Source: Synechococcus sp. (GTDB lineage Bacteria > Cyanobacteriota > Cyanobacteriia > PCC-6307 > Cyanobiaceae). Taken from it: 64,000 nucleotides of DNA. Under the pieces are notes generated by a model, which saw only the letters and a list, made by a program, of their open reading frames with translations, searched no databases and had not been told where the DNA came from. A program made the position numbers and the translations under genes. The DNA lies in the NCBI GenBank assembly GCA_047284725.1, contig JBJBEO010000001.1:2200203-2264202 (forward strand), in the 5' to 3' direction. Below are positions 21,228 through 31,951 of the stretch, in pieces (position 1 is the stretch's first letter; each line of letters begins with the position of its first letter).

Positions 21228-21836
21228 ATGGTTCTGACACCGTCCACCATGCTTCCGTTGGCCAGCGAGCTGCCGCCGTTTCACCTGCCTGTGGCGAAAG
21301 GGACGGGCCAGGGTGGAGCCATCGACAGCAGCTCGCTGCCGCAACAGCCTGTGCTGCTGATGCTGCTGTGCAGCCATTGCCCGTTCGTGAAGCACATTGA
21401 ATCGGAACTGAGCAGCCTCGACCACGACTACGGCGACCGGGTCACCCTGCTGGGGGTAGCCAGCAACAGTTGGATCACCCATCCCCAGGACGGCCCCGAA
21501 GCACTCGCGGCTCAGGCTGAGCGGCGAGGCTGGCGCTTTCCCTACCTGCTCGACCAGGAGCAGACCCTGGCCAAGGCACTCCAGGCCGCCTGCACCCCGG
21601 AGTTCTATTTATTCGCCCATGATCAAAGCGCAGGAACACAGACCCTGCGTTACCGCGGCCAGCTGGACAGCAGCCGACCGGGCAATGGCCAGCCCGTCAC
21701 GGGAGTGGACCTGCGCACCGCCCTCGATGCCGTGCTGACAGACCTCGCCGTCAGTGCTCACCAGCAGGCCTCGATCGGTTGCAACATCAAATGGCATCCA
21801 GGCCAGGAACCGCAGTGGTTTGAAGGGACGGCTTAA
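21228..21836 (+). CDS. Thioredoxin-fold AhpC/TSA family protein
   Basis: Motifs CSHCPFV, FPYLLD, AACTPEFY, YRGQLD and SIGCNIKW. Confidence 0.92.
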   Translation: MVLTPSTMLPLASELPPFHLPVAKGTGQGGAIDSSSLPQQPVLLMLLCSHCPFVKHIESELSSLDHDYGDRVTLLGVASNSWITHPQDGPEALAAQAERRGWRFPYLLDQEQTLAKALQAACTPEFYLFAHDQSAGTQTLRYRGQLDSSRPGNGQPVTGVDLRTALDAVLTDLAVSAHQQASIGCNIKWHPGQEPQWFEGTA

Positions 21837-21846
21837 GGTTTGTCGC

Positions 21847-23061
21847 ATGCAGGTGCCACCCTTCAGTCTCAGTCAGCAGCTCACCGATCTGGGACCTGAG
21901 CTGGAAGATGCCGTCCTGCGGGTGCTGCGCAGCGGTCAGTACATCGGTGGATCCGACATCCAGCGCTTTGAGCAGACGTTTGCAGCCAGTGTCGATTGCC
22001 CCCATGCCGTGGGCTGCAACAGCGGCACCGATGCTCTGATCCTGGCCCTGCGCGGGCTCGGCATTGGGCCCGGCGATGACGTGATCACCGCCTCCTTCAG
22101 TTTTTTCGCCACCGCCGAAGCGATCAGTGCCGTCGGGGCCACGCCGGTGTTTGTGGATGTGGATCCCGCCACCTATCTGATCGATCTCACGCTGATCGAA
22201 GCGGCGATCACTCCGAGCACCAAAGCGCTGATCCCCGTGCACCTGTTCGGTCGCCCGGTGGATATGGACGCCGTGATGGCGATCGCCAGGCGCCATGACC
22301 TCAAGGTGGTGGAAGACTGCGCCCAGGCCACTGGAGCCCGTTGGAGCGGCAAAGCTGTGGGCAGCTGGGGGGATGTGGGCTGCTTCAGCTTCTTCCCCAC
22401 TAAAAATCTCGGGGGAGCCGGCGATGGCGGTGCCGTCACCTGTCACGACGAGGCTCTCGCGCAGAGCATGCGGGAGCTAGCTGTGCATGGCATGCCAAGG
22501 CGCTATCTGCACACCGAGCTGGGCTACAACAGCCGACTTGATTCCCTGCAGGCAGCGGTTCTCAACGTGAAGCTGCCTCGCCTCAATGGCTGGGTTGAAC
22601 GACGCAAGGCCATTGCAGCCCGTTATCTCGAAGCGCTAGGAAATCTGCCGGGACTTCTTCTGCCTGACCCGGGCTCTGAAACCGCAGTGGGGCATGGCTG
22701 GAATCAGTTTGTGGTGCGCGTGCAGCGCTGTGCAAACGAGCAAGCCAGCTGCTCGGGCAGCTGCCCTGACACTCCCAGCGAGTTTGGTTTGCCCAGCAGC
22801 CGATGCCGCGACTGGCTCAAGCAGAGCCTTCAAGACCAGGGTGTGAACACGATCATTTACTACCCGATTCCGATTCATCGCCAGCCGGCCTACGCCGACC
22901 TGTCTCCATCACCTGAGCGCCTCCCGATCACGGAACAACTCTGCAGCGAAGTGCTCAGTCTGCCGATCTTCCCGGAACTCACGAGCAAACAACAGGAACG
23001 CGTCATTGACGTGCTGACAGCCTTGCTCGCTCCCAACGCTCAGGAACGGATGGTGGCGTAG
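21847..23061 (+). CDS. DegT/DnrJ/EryC1/StrS PLP-dependent aminotransferase
   Basis: Motifs CNSGTDAL, VHLFG, EDCAQA, FSFFPTKNLG and GYNSRLD. ATG at 21847. Confidence 0.94.
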   Translation: MQVPPFSLSQQLTDLGPELEDAVLRVLRSGQYIGGSDIQRFEQTFAASVDCPHAVGCNSGTDALILALRGLGIGPGDDVITASFSFFATAEAISAVGATPVFVDVDPATYLIDLTLIEAAITPSTKALIPVHLFGRPVDMDAVMAIARRHDLKVVEDCAQATGARWSGKAVGSWGDVGCFSFFPTKNLGGAGDGGAVTCHDEALAQSMRELAVHGMPRRYLHTELGYNSRLDSLQAAVLNVKLPRLNGWVERRKAIAARYLEALGNLPGLLLPDPGSETAVGHGWNQFVVRVQRCANEQASCSGSCPDTPSEFGLPSSRCRDWLKQSLQDQGVNTIIYYPIPIHRQPAYADLSPSPERLPITEQLCSEVLSLPIFPELTSKQQERVIDVLTALLAPNAQERMVA

Positions 23062-24518
23062 AGGGCCTTGAAACGCGCCTGCTGAATTTTGTGATTCACC
23101 AGCGGTTCGGGGTAACCACGCCGCTCCAACGCAGGAATCTCTCCACTGAGCAGATCCCTTGTGGTGACATGGCGCAACTCCGTCACCCAGCAGCGGATGT
23201 ACTCAGCTTCGGCATCAAATTTCGAGGCCTGGGTGGCAGGGTTGAAAATCCTCAGGGGCTTGGGGTCCATTCCGCTACTGGCGCTCCACTGCCAGCCACC
23301 ATTGTTCGCAGCCAGATCTCCATCCACTTCCAGTTGCATGAAGGCGCGCTCTCCCCAGCGCCAGTCGCAGATCAGATCCTTCACCAAATACGACGCCACG
23401 ATCATGCGGCAACGGTTGTGCATCCAACCGGTTTCGTTCAGCTGGCGCATCGCGGCATCAATGATCGGCATGCCGGTCTGACCGTGTTTCCAGGCAACAA
23501 ACCAGTCTTCGTTGTTCTCCCAGGGGAAGCGGCGCCACTGCTCGCGGTATGGCCCGTCCGCCAGCTCGGGGAAATGAAACAGCGCCTGCTGATAAAACTC
23601 GCGCCAGCCCAGCTCCTGTTCCCACACCGTGATCGCCTGGCACTGCTCATCGCTGCGTGTGATCGCTTTCATTGCCTGGGCAGCACACCAGGCCTGACGT
23701 GGGCTCAACGTGCCCACACTCAGGGCAGCACTGAGGTAAGAGGTGCCCACCACGCCAGGGAAATTGCGGTCGGGCTCATAGGCCAAAAGTGGACCGTCCA
23801 CAAAGGTGGCCAACTGCTCGGCCGCCGCGGCCTCCCCAGGCCGGCACGGGCAACGCTCGGTGCCACGGAAACCATGCTCAGCCTGCAGGCGTTCCAGTTC
23901 GCGCTGGCCCTCAACGCAGAGGCCACCCAGGGCACCTTCACCGCTGCTGATGGCTTCAAGCGCTGCAGCCTCCAGGTCCAGCAAGCCGCCCGGAGCGTCA
24001 ACGGTGTTCGGCGCACTGCGTTCCACCTGTCCGCGCCAATTGCGCAGAAATGGGCCGTACACCCGGTAAGGATCGCCAGCACCGGTTTTCAGCCGTTCGG
24101 GGGCCACCAGAAGCTGATCCCAATCCACCAACACCCTGCGGCCATCGGACTGCAAGGCCTTGGCCACCGCCCGATCGCGCTCGCGGGCATGGGGCTCAAC
24201 ATCACGACTCCACACCACCGCAGGCACCTCCAGCAGCGACGCCAACTGCGGCAACACCGCCACGGGGTCACCTGCCACCACCAGCAAACGGCTGCCGGCC
24301 TGACGCCAGCGCTGCTGCAGTTCGAGCACGCTCTCCACCAGAAACCACAACCGAGCCGGCGCCATCGGCGGCAGATGCTCTGGAGGCGTGATGATCGCCG
24401 GATCGAGCACGTACACCCCCGTCACAGCCGGACCGAGGGCAACAGCAGACTGCAAACCGGTGTTATCAGCCAGGCGCAGGTCGCGGCGATGCCAGAAGAG
24501 AGTGCGAGCGGGTGCCAT
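23040..24518 (-). CDS. Deoxyribodipyrimidine photolyase (full-length)
   Basis: Motifs WHRRDLRLADN, GTSYLS, ELGWREFY, GWMHNRCRMIVAS, DGDLAANNGGWQW and RIFNP. Confidence 0.95.
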   Translation of the reverse strand: MAPARTLFWHRRDLRLADNTGLQSAVALGPAVTGVYVLDPAIITPPEHLPPMAPARLWFLVESVLELQQRWRQAGSRLLVVAGDPVAVLPQLASLLEVPAVVWSRDVEPHARERDRAVAKALQSDGRRVLVDWDQLLVAPERLKTGAGDPYRVYGPFLRNWRGQVERSAPNTVDAPGGLLDLEAAALEAISSGEGALGGLCVEGQRELERLQAEHGFRGTERCPCRPGEAAAAEQLATFVDGPLLAYEPDRNFPGVVGTSYLSAALSVGTLSPRQAWCAAQAMKAITRSDEQCQAITVWEQELGWREFYQQALFHFPELADGPYREQWRRFPWENNEDWFVAWKHGQTGMPIIDAAMRQLNETGWMHNRCRMIVASYLVKDLICDWRWGERAFMQLEVDGDLAANNGGWQWSASSGMDPKPLRIFNPATQASKFDAEAEYIRCWVTELRHVTTRDLLSGEIPALERRGYPEPLVNHKIQQARFKALYATIRS

Positions 24519-24561
24519 CACGCAGGGAATTACAAGACAAAAATGCGAGTGAAGGGGCCCT

Positions 24562-25122
24562 TCAGAGACCAAGCAGCTGCTTGGCACGGAACCAAGCCGT
24601 CACGCTCTTGCCATCCAGCCACTCGTCACCAGACGCCAGACGGGCATCAAGGTCGGCAGGACTCATCTGCACCACCTCGAGGTCTTCGTCCTCGTCGCCG
24701 GCCGGTGGGTTCTCAAGCGGGGTGAGCTCCCGGGCCAGGAAGCAATGAATCACTTCATCGGAGTAGCCGGGGCAGGGAAGCATCGGCCCCAGCCCATCCC
24801 AGCGAGCGGCGCTGTAGCCCGCCTCTTCACCCAGCTCACGTTGCATCGACTCAAGCGGATCTTCACCCTCTTCGAGAGTGCCTGCTGGGAATTCGAGCAA
24901 CCGGGCCTGCACGGCAAAGCGGTACTGACGCAGCAACACCACTTGGCCGTCGTCGGTGATCGGCACCGCCAGGGAGGCGCCGGGATGGCGAATGATGCCG
25001 AAGGTGCCCTCGACCCCCATGGGCAGCTTCAGGCGGTTGCGCTCGAAACGAATCTTGCGCACATCCATGCACTCGAGGGTCTCCAACAACTGAGACGGCT
25101 CGGGGGACGGCAGAGGAGCCAT
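24562..25122 (-). CDS. NUDIX hydrolase (ADP-ribose pyrophosphatase-like)
   Basis: Nudix box EFPAGTLEEGEDPLESMQRELGEEAG, plus LLRQYR. Confidence 0.93.
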   Translation of the reverse strand: MAPLPSPEPSQLLETLECMDVRKIRFERNRLKLPMGVEGTFGIIRHPGASLAVPITDDGQVVLLRQYRFAVQARLLEFPAGTLEEGEDPLESMQRELGEEAGYSAARWDGLGPMLPCPGYSDEVIHCFLARELTPLENPPAGDEDEDLEVVQMSPADLDARLASGDEWLDGKSVTAWFRAKQLLGL

Positions 25123-25170
25123 GGCGCGCAAGGCAGCGATGGGGCCCAGCATGGCGGGTGAAGGGCAGGA

Positions 25171-26916
25171 TTGTTCCGCTCGCCGGCTGCTCCCTTGAAG
25201 GCATCACCGCTGACGTCGCCACCGCCGCGGCTTCTCCCCCGCCAACAACAAATCCAGCTGCTCAGAGCCCTGGCCAAAGAAGCCGGCTGGCGCCATCTGG
25301 CGCTGCTCAGCCTGCTCAGCGCCATCAGCAGCCTGCTGGACATCGCCGGACTCGGGCTCGCCGTGAGTCTGCTGCTGGGAACCGGCCGAGAGACAGCGTC
25401 ACCATTCCCGCTGCTGAACAGGCTGCCTCTCAGCGCCAGCCTCGGACTGCTGGTTGCCCTGATCCTGATGCGGGGGCTGATCCAGGCCCGGGTCGACATC
25501 GGCCGCGAACGACTGCGCTCAGGTTTCACCGACCGGCTGCGGCAACAGCTGCTCCATCGGGTCTTCGCCGCCTCATCCGCCCAGCTCGAGCGCATCGGTC
25601 GAGGCGATTTGCTTGCCCTGCTGATGGTCGACATCAACCGCACCGCCCTCGGGCTGGATCAGGCGGTGCGCATGGGTCAGGCTCTGTTGGCGATGACGAT
25701 CTATCTCGGCAGCGTGCTGGTGGTAGGGAGGATCGCAGCATGGCCGCTGTTGCTGGCCCTGGTCGCCACCGCCACGGCCGCCCTGATGCAGCGCTCAGGC
25801 AGCTGGAGCCTGGGTCGCATCCAGAGCCGGCTGAATGCAGCCCTGCAGCGCACGGTTGGGGATGGTCTGCATGGCCTCAAAGCCGTGCGAGCTGCAGCCG
25901 CTGAACCCTGGCTGCTGAAGCGGTTTGCCGAGGAAACCGCCGAAGGCCGCTGGTTACTGCGTGAGCGCGTTCGCCGCCGAGCTGGCTACAACGCCTGGCG
26001 CGACACCCTGGTGGTGGCCATTGCCGGCCTGTGGATGGTGCTGCAGAGTGATCGCCTCACGGCTGACGTGCTGACCACCACCTTGGTGCTGGCCTATCGC
26101 GCCGGGGCCTCGCTGAGTCGTGTGGTGCAGGCCCGGCGCCTGTGCCTAGGCAACCTTCCCGGCTATGAAGCCCTGCGCAACAGACGCCATCAACTGCAGG
26201 CGCACCATGCCCAGCCCCGGGGCGATGCCCTGCCGGCTACAGCCGCACCAAGCCTAAACACCACGGCCTGGAGCCAGCTCGTCTGGCACAGCACCAACGA
26301 CCAAGCAGCGCAGCCCGACACGGTCACACTGACCTCAAACCATCTCGTGGCGATCACCGGCCCCTCCGGCAGCGGCAAGACCAGTTGCCTCGATCGGCTG
26401 TGCGGTCTGCTCGAGGAAGATCCCAGCCACTGGAGCATCCGCTGCGGCGCTGATCACTGGACCTGCTCCGGCCTGAACGGGGCACAGCAGCTGCACCAAT
26501 GGGTTGCCTACGCTCCCCAAAATGCCGTGCTGTTCGAAGCCAGCCTGCGCGACAACCTCCTCCTGGGAGGCGTTGCACCTCCAGGCACCATCACCGCCTG
26601 GCTTCAGCGTCTGGGCCTGGCCCATCTGATGGAACGACAAGGTGGTCTGGAGGCGCCAATGGTCCTGGCACAGGATCCTTTCTCAGGGGGCGAGATCCAC
26701 CGGCTCGGGCTGCTGCGCGCCTGGCTGCGAGATCGGCCGGTGGAAGTGCTCGATGAACCCACGGCATTTCTGGATGCCAATGCCGCGGCCGAGGTGCGGG
26801 CGGTGATCCACGAACGGGCTCAGCAGCGACTGGTCCTGGTCAGCAGTCACGATCCAGACCTGCTGGCCCAGGCCGATGAGGTGATCATGCTGCCCACGCC
26901 GACGACGTCCTCATAG
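25171..26916 (+). CDS. Fused ABC exporter (transmembrane domain + ATPase)
   Basis: N-terminal TM helices; Walker A GPSGSGKT, Q-loop YAPQ, signature FSGGE, Walker B VLDEPT and H-loop SSHD. Start is uncertain. Confidence 0.82.
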   Translation: MFRSPAAPLKASPLTSPPPRLLPRQQQIQLLRALAKEAGWRHLALLSLLSAISSLLDIAGLGLAVSLLLGTGRETASPFPLLNRLPLSASLGLLVALILMRGLIQARVDIGRERLRSGFTDRLRQQLLHRVFAASSAQLERIGRGDLLALLMVDINRTALGLDQAVRMGQALLAMTIYLGSVLVVGRIAAWPLLLALVATATAALMQRSGSWSLGRIQSRLNAALQRTVGDGLHGLKAVRAAAAEPWLLKRFAEETAEGRWLLRERVRRRAGYNAWRDTLVVAIAGLWMVLQSDRLTADVLTTTLVLAYRAGASLSRVVQARRLCLGNLPGYEALRNRRHQLQAHHAQPRGDALPATAAPSLNTTAWSQLVWHSTNDQAAQPDTVTLTSNHLVAITGPSGSGKTSCLDRLCGLLEEDPSHWSIRCGADHWTCSGLNGAQQLHQWVAYAPQNAVLFEASLRDNLLLGGVAPPGTITAWLQRLGLAHLMERQGGLEAPMVLAQDPFSGGEIHRLGLLRAWLRDRPVEVLDEPTAFLDANAAAEVRAVIHERAQQRLVLVSSHDPDLLAQADEVIMLPTPTTSS

Positions 26917-27409
26917 CGGCCAACAAGGGCTCCAGCACAAACGTGCGCAGGTGCAAGCGGGGATGGGGCAGCACCAGGCGGGGATGCTCAAGACGCAACG
27001 CCTCCCAGAAAAGGACATCAAGATCCAACGTGCGCGGTCCCCAGCGCTGTTCGTGAGCCCGATCACGACCCCACTGACGTTCCAGACCATGCAGCTGCTC
27101 CAGCAACGCCAGCGAGCGGTCGGCGCCAGGGGCTCCAAAGTCACCCGTCGCCAGCACCACGGCATTGCAATAACCCGGCTGATCTGGCGGACCGCCAACG
27201 GGTGCAGTGTCGAACAGGGGCGACCAGGCGTATCTGACCCCTGGATCGCGGCCATCACCCGCTCCCGTGATGCCATCAAAGCCAGCATCCGCCCAAGCAG
27301 CTAACAGAGCCTCCAGCCGCGGCCGCACCGCCACCAGCGTCTGACGTGGGCCACCCGCAGGACTTGGCAGGTTGGCGCCGAGGGCAAGGGCCAAACGGGT
27401 GGCGGGCAT
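26885..27409 (-). CDS. folK: 2-amino-4-hydroxy-6-hydroxymethyldihydropteridine diphosphokinase
   Basis: Motifs [23 protein letters not shown] and [16 protein letters not shown]. Confidence 0.93.
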   Translation of the reverse strand: MPATRLALALGANLPSPAGGPRQTLVAVRPRLEALLAAWADAGFDGITGAGDGRDPGVRYAWSPLFDTAPVGGPPDQPGYCNAVVLATGDFGAPGADRSLALLEQLHGLERQWGRDRAHEQRWGPRTLDLDVLFWEALRLEHPRLVLPHPRLHLRTFVLEPLLAAMRTSSAWAA

Positions 27410-27500
27410 CCGCGCATTGCAAGCACTGCCCAAGCCTGATTCAGCACCCACCGCTGTGCATCAGGGAGAATGGCGCCCACGAACAGGGCGTAACACATCG

Positions 27501-29678
27501 ATGGTGGCCAGCGGAACTCCAGCCAGCGGCATGCGCAACTCGGCCGCTCAAGACCAGGCCAGCCGCGCCTTCCCCCTTGCTGCCATCACCGGTCATGGCA
27601 CGCTCAAGCTCGCCCTGCTGCTGGCGGCGGTGGATCCAGGCCTTGGCGGGGTGATCATCGCCGGCGGACGCGGCACAGGTAAATCAGTGCTGGCCCGCGG
27701 ATTGCACGCCCTGCTGCCTCCGATCGACGTACTCGACATCGACGGCACCGCCGGCCGCAATCTTGACCCCCAATGCCCTGAAGACTGGGACGACGTGGTC
27801 CGCCAACGCCTCTCCGCACTCGCAAGTGATGCCCCTGGAGAGGACCTGCAAGCGCAGCTGCCCACCAGGGTGTTGCCCGCCCCGTTCGTGCAGGTGCCAC
27901 TGGGCATCACCGAAGACCGCCTCGTGGGAGCGGTGGATGTGGCCGCCTCCCTCGCCAGCGGCAGTGCCGTGTTCCAACCGGGGTTGCTCGCCGAAGCCCA
28001 CCGTGGAGTGCTGTATGTGGACGAGCTCAACCTGCTCGACGACGGCATCATCAACCTGATGCTGGCAGCCGTGGGCAGTGGCGACAACCAGGTGGAACGT
28101 GAAGGCCTCAGCCTTTCGCATCCCTGCCGGCCCCTGCTGATCGCCACCTACAACCCTGAGGAGGGAGCCGTCCGCGATCACCTGCTCGATCGCTTCGCCA
28201 TCGCCCTCTCCGCCGACCAACTGGTCAGCACCGAACAACGGGTGGAGATCACCGAAGCGGTGCTCTCCCATGGCCAATGCAGTCGTAGCTTTGCTGACCA
28301 GTGGGGGGAAGAGACCGAAGCCCTTGCCACCCAACTGCTGCTGGCACGCCAATGGCTGCCGGATGTGCAGATCAGCGGTAAGCAGGTGGCCTACCTGGTG
28401 ACCGAGGCCGTCCGCGGCGGTGTGGAAGGGCATCGCTCCGAGCTGTACGCGGTGCGGGTTGCCAAGGCCCACGCCGCCCTCAGCGGCCGCGACCGCGTGG
28501 AGGCCGACGATCTCCAGGTGGCCGTGCGCCTGGTCATTGCTCCCCGAGCGTTGCAGTTGCCTCCCCAGGACGAGCAGATGGAGCCGCCGCCACCGCAGGA
28601 CCAAACCCCACCCCCGCCGCCGCCCTCCGGCGATGACAACCCTGACGATCAACCGCCACCACCGGAACCACCGGAGGGATCAGGGGATGACGCTGACGAC
28701 ACGCCGGACGACACCAGCGATCAAGACAACGACGACGGCAACAACGACGACGAGTCCCCTGAGGATCAGGCTCCTCCTTCCGTGCCGGAGGAGTTCATGC
28801 TTGATCCGGAAGCGGTGGCGATCGACCCCGACCTGCTGCTGTTCTCATCCGCCAAAGCCAAGAGCGGCAACAGCGGCAGCCGTTCGATGGTGCTGAGCGA
28901 CAGCCGCGGCCGATACGTGAAACCGATCCTGCCCCGTGGACCCGTGCGCCGCATCGCCGTCGACGCCACTCTGCGCGCCGCCGCGCCGTACCAGAAGGCT
29001 CGCCGAGCACGTCAACCGGGGAAAACGGTGATCGTGGAGGAATCGGATCTGCGCGCCAAGCTGCTGCAACGCCAGTCGGGTGCTCTGGTGATCTTTCTGG
29101 TGGACGCCAGCGGCTCCATGGCACTGAACCGGATGCAAAGCGCTAAAGGTGCCGTGATCCGATTGCTCACCGAGGCCTACGAAAACCGCGATGAGGTGGC
29201 GCTGATTCCCTTCCGTGGCGACCAGGCCGACGTCTTGCTACCCCCCACCCGCTCGATCACCGCCGCCCGGCGCCGACTGGAATCCATGCCCTGCGGTGGT
29301 GGTTCACCGCTGGCCCATGGCCTGACCCAGGCCGCTCGCGTGGGTGCCAATGCTCTCGCCACAGGCGATCTGAGCCAGGTGGTCGTGGTGGCCATCACCG
29401 ATGGTCGCGGCAACGTCCCCCTGAGCACATCGCTGGGACAGCCCGAACTGGAAGGTGAGGACAAGCCCGATCTCAAACAAGAGGTCCTGGATGTGGCCTC
29501 CCGCTACCGCTTGCTTGGCATCAAGCTGCTGGTGATCGACACCGAACGCAAATTCATCGGCAGTGGCATGGGCAAGGATCTCGCCGAAGCCGCTGGTGGG
29601 AAGTATGTCCAGCTGCCCAAGGCCAGCGACCAGGCCATTGCCGCCATTGCAATGGATGCGATCAACACAGTGACCTAA
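27501..29678 (+). CDS. chlD: Magnesium chelatase subunit D
   Basis: AAA domain ([17 protein letters not shown]), Pro/acidic linker, and vWA domain (DASGSM, ITDGRGN). Confidence 0.96.
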   Translation: MVASGTPASGMRNSAAQDQASRAFPLAAITGHGTLKLALLLAAVDPGLGGVIIAGGRGTGKSVLARGLHALLPPIDVLDIDGTAGRNLDPQCPEDWDDVVRQRLSALASDAPGEDLQAQLPTRVLPAPFVQVPLGITEDRLVGAVDVAASLASGSAVFQPGLLAEAHRGVLYVDELNLLDDGIINLMLAAVGSGDNQVEREGLSLSHPCRPLLIATYNPEEGAVRDHLLDRFAIALSADQLVSTEQRVEITEAVLSHGQCSRSFADQWGEETEALATQLLLARQWLPDVQISGKQVAYLVTEAVRGGVEGHRSELYAVRVAKAHAALSGRDRVEADDLQVAVRLVIAPRALQLPPQDEQMEPPPPQDQTPPPPPPSGDDNPDDQPPPPEPPEGSGDDADDTPDDTSDQDNDDGNNDDESPEDQAPPSVPEEFMLDPEAVAIDPDLLLFSSAKAKSGNSGSRSMVLSDSRGRYVKPILPRGPVRRIAVDATLRAAAPYQKARRARQPGKTVIVEESDLRAKLLQRQSGALVIFLVDASGSMALNRMQSAKGAVIRLLTEAYENRDEVALIPFRGDQADVLLPPTRSITAARRRLESMPCGGGSPLAHGLTQAARVGANALATGDLSQVVVVAITDGRGNVPLSTSLGQPELEGEDKPDLKQEVLDVASRYRLLGIKLLVIDTERKFIGSGMGKDLAEAAGGKYVQLPKASDQAIAAIAMDAINTVT

Positions 29679-29731
29679 ACGGCCATCAGAGTGCAATCCA
29701 CACCCACCGCCGCGCAGCCGGCTGAGCGGTC

Positions 29732-30622
29732 TCAGGGTTGGCTGGTCTGGGCGGGATACAACTCCTGGAACAACGCACCGAGGCCAATGGCCACATCACG
29801 CACCGCCTTCATGAAGGCGGGGTCATCGGTGAGCTGTTCAAGATCTCCACCCACGGCATCAAAGCGTTGGGTGAGCGAGCGGGCATTCGAAACGGTCTGC
29901 TTGAGATCATTCACCGTCTGGGGATTGTCGAGCGCACCGGACAGATTCTTGATATGGCGGGCTGCTTCGGCCGCCTCTGCTGTGGCAACGTTCAGGTTGG
30001 TGATCGTGGGCGTCGCCCGCTCCAGCTCATCTCCCAGCTGAGCCAACACCGTTCTGGCCTCCTTAGCGACAGCATCAAACTCCTTTGAGGAGTTCACCAG
30101 GCTTGACACCAACTTCAGCTCTTCTGCTTCTGTCAGCAGACGCTGCATCGTGGCAGTGACGGTATCCAGGCTGGCGGCTTCCTGGCCGCGGATCTTGGCA
30201 CCGGCGCAGAGCACTTTGGCCGGTGCACATCGATCGGACTTCGGCCCCGGGGTGGAGGCGCTGACCATGCCGGCATGACCGGCACTGACCAAATTCACCT
30301 GAGCGTCACCTCCCAGCAATGAACCGGTTCCCACCGCTGCCGTGACCGGCATCGGCAGGCGCAAGTCGTCTGCATTGATTTCCAGCACGGCCTGCACCGA
30401 GGCAGGCGTGACCGTAACCCTTTGCACCACACCAACCACGATGCCCCGATACGTGACGGGAGAACGCTCCGCCAACCCACTCGCGTCAGCAAATTCAGCC
30501 GTGACGGTCCAGGCCTCCGAGCCAAGTCGTACTCCGCGCAGCCACAGCATCGTGCCGGCGAATCCCACCAGAGCCCCCACGATGGAGAACCCGACAATCG
30601 CTTCTCTGACGCTGCGGCGCAT
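29732..30622 (-). CDS. MlaD/MCE family protein
   Basis: MRRSVREAIVG plus a TM helix, F.DASGL...SPVTYRGI.VG.V (MCE domain), and a helical C-terminus. Confidence 0.9.
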   Translation of the reverse strand: MRRSVREAIVGFSIVGALVGFAGTMLWLRGVRLGSEAWTVTAEFADASGLAERSPVTYRGIVVGVVQRVTVTPASVQAVLEINADDLRLPMPVTAAVGTGSLLGGDAQVNLVSAGHAGMVSASTPGPKSDRCAPAKVLCAGAKIRGQEAASLDTVTATMQRLLTEAEELKLVSSLVNSSKEFDAVAKEARTVLAQLGDELERATPTITNLNVATAEAAEAARHIKNLSGALDNPQTVNDLKQTVSNARSLTQRFDAVGGDLEQLTDDPAFMKAVRDVAIGLGALFQELYPAQTSQP

Positions 30623-30627
30623 GGCCA

Positions 30628-31470
30628 TCAATGATCGGTGGGTTGCATCGGTCCGTGCAGGTTACCGGCCCTGAACTGCTGGACATAAGGGTTGTCGGTG
30701 TTGCGGTACTCCTCGATCGAGCCATCCCACTGAAACCTGCCGCCATACAGCAACACCACCCTCTCAGCGGTGCGTTCAATCGTGCTGTGCACATGGCTCA
30801 CCACCACGGAACAACCCTGCGCCACGGTGGTGGTTTTGACAATCAGATCTTCGATGCGCGTGCAAGCCACCGGATCCAGACCCGCCGTGGGCTCGTCGTA
30901 GAGCATCAGGGGCATGGCTTCAGCCTCGCGATCGGGATCGTCAATCAAGGCGCGGGCAAAGCTGACACGCTTTTGCATGCCACCACTGAGTTGCCCCGGA
31001 TACTTATCCGCCACATCGTGGAGACCCACAGCCTCCAGGCAGGCCATCACCCGCTCACGGATCTGTCGAGGCCTGAGGCGGCCGAGACGCATCAACAGAA
31101 AGCCCACGTTTTCCTCAACGGTGAGCGATGCCAGAAGAGCCGGGTTCTGAAACACGAGCCGCACATCCTTGGGATGGCGCTGGTCGAGTCGCAAATAGGG
31201 CTGGGGCTCACCAAACAGCCGAAGCTCACCAGCACTTGGGAGCTGAAGACCAGCCAGCAAGCGCAGCACCGTGGACTTACCGGCTCCTGAGGGCCCGACC
31301 ACCGCCAGTCGCTGTCCAGGCTGCATCGTGAGACAGACGCGGTCGAGAACCGGCCTGGCACCCCACTGCATCGTGAGATGACGCATCTCCACCACCGGAG
31401 TGCGGAAGGACGGAGCCGATGGAGCCTTCAGGCTGTGCACACCAACACCACTGCTCTGATTGGTGTCCAT
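30628..31470 (-). CDS. ABC transporter ATP-binding protein (MlaF/TGD3-like)
   Basis: Motifs GPSGAGKST, LSGGMQKRVSFARA and YDEPTAGLDP; adjacent to mlaD. The start lies somewhere between 31386 and 31470. Confidence 0.9.
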   Translation of the reverse strand: MDTNQSSGVGVHSLKAPSAPSFRTPVVEMRHLTMQWGARPVLDRVCLTMQPGQRLAVVGPSGAGKSTVLRLLAGLQLPSAGELRLFGEPQPYLRLDQRHPKDVRLVFQNPALLASLTVEENVGFLLMRLGRLRPRQIRERVMACLEAVGLHDVADKYPGQLSGGMQKRVSFARALIDDPDREAEAMPLMLYDEPTAGLDPVACTRIEDLIVKTTTVAQGCSVVVSHVHSTIERTAERVVLLYGGRFQWDGSIEEYRNTDNPYVQQFRAGNLHGPMQPTDH

Positions 31471-31618
31471 CCTGCATGGTTCAGCAACACGGTGCCGAAT
31501 CGGCCGACATGCATGCAGACAGGCGATCGAATCCGATCCACCCCCTTCTGGGTTGTCCTTGAATTGGCACCGGACTGCAGGGCTGGGATGACGGAGCATG
31601 CGCCAAAGCCCGGCTTTG

Positions 31619-31951
31619 TCATGCATCAAGCATCATTCCAACCGCAAGCAAAGCGACCGTAATCACAAAGGAAGCCGTTGCCAGCGAAGTTCCAATGAAA
31701 GCGCAGATTCGCTCCCTTTGCTTCTGGATAATTCCAGCAATTCCAAGCCCCATGGATACCAGATTGATCCCAATACAGGCAAAAAGAGACAGTCCCAGGA
31801 CGATCGCGGCAGCCGAATCCTCATCAACCCCACCAGGAGCACTCGCCTCCCAAACACCAGCAATCAAGAAGATAATAAATGTAATCAATATATTGAAGAT
31901 TGCGAGACTCAGGGATGCAATCCCAAGCCTCGACTGTCCGTTACGCTTCAT
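31619..31951 (-). CDS. Small hypothetical membrane protein (about 3 TM helices)
   Basis: MKRNGQSRLGIASLSLAIF... with three hydrophobic segments; more AT-rich than the flanking core genes. Confidence 0.65.
   Translation of the reverse strand: MKRNGQSRLGIASLSLAIFNILITFIIFLIAGVWEASAPGGVDEDSAAAIVLGLSLFACIGINLVSMGLGIAGIIQKQRERICAFIGTSLATASFVITVALLAVGMMLDA

Noticed and set aside
23091..24725. Long antisense ORFs (this 544-aa one; also 16161-17618, 11800-13029, 40769-41956, 33056-34159)
   Set aside because: They are shadow frames opposite well-supported genes, as expected in GC-rich DNA with biased third codon positions.
28560..28790. Pro-rich and Asp-rich low-complexity repeats (CCG/GAC runs)
   Set aside because: This is the normal proline/acidic linker of ChlD, not a repeat element.
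31471..31629. Long N-terminal extension of the MlaF-like ATPase in the ORF track
   Set aside because: It has no similarity to ABC ATPase sequence and is most likely an upstream in-frame start artefact.
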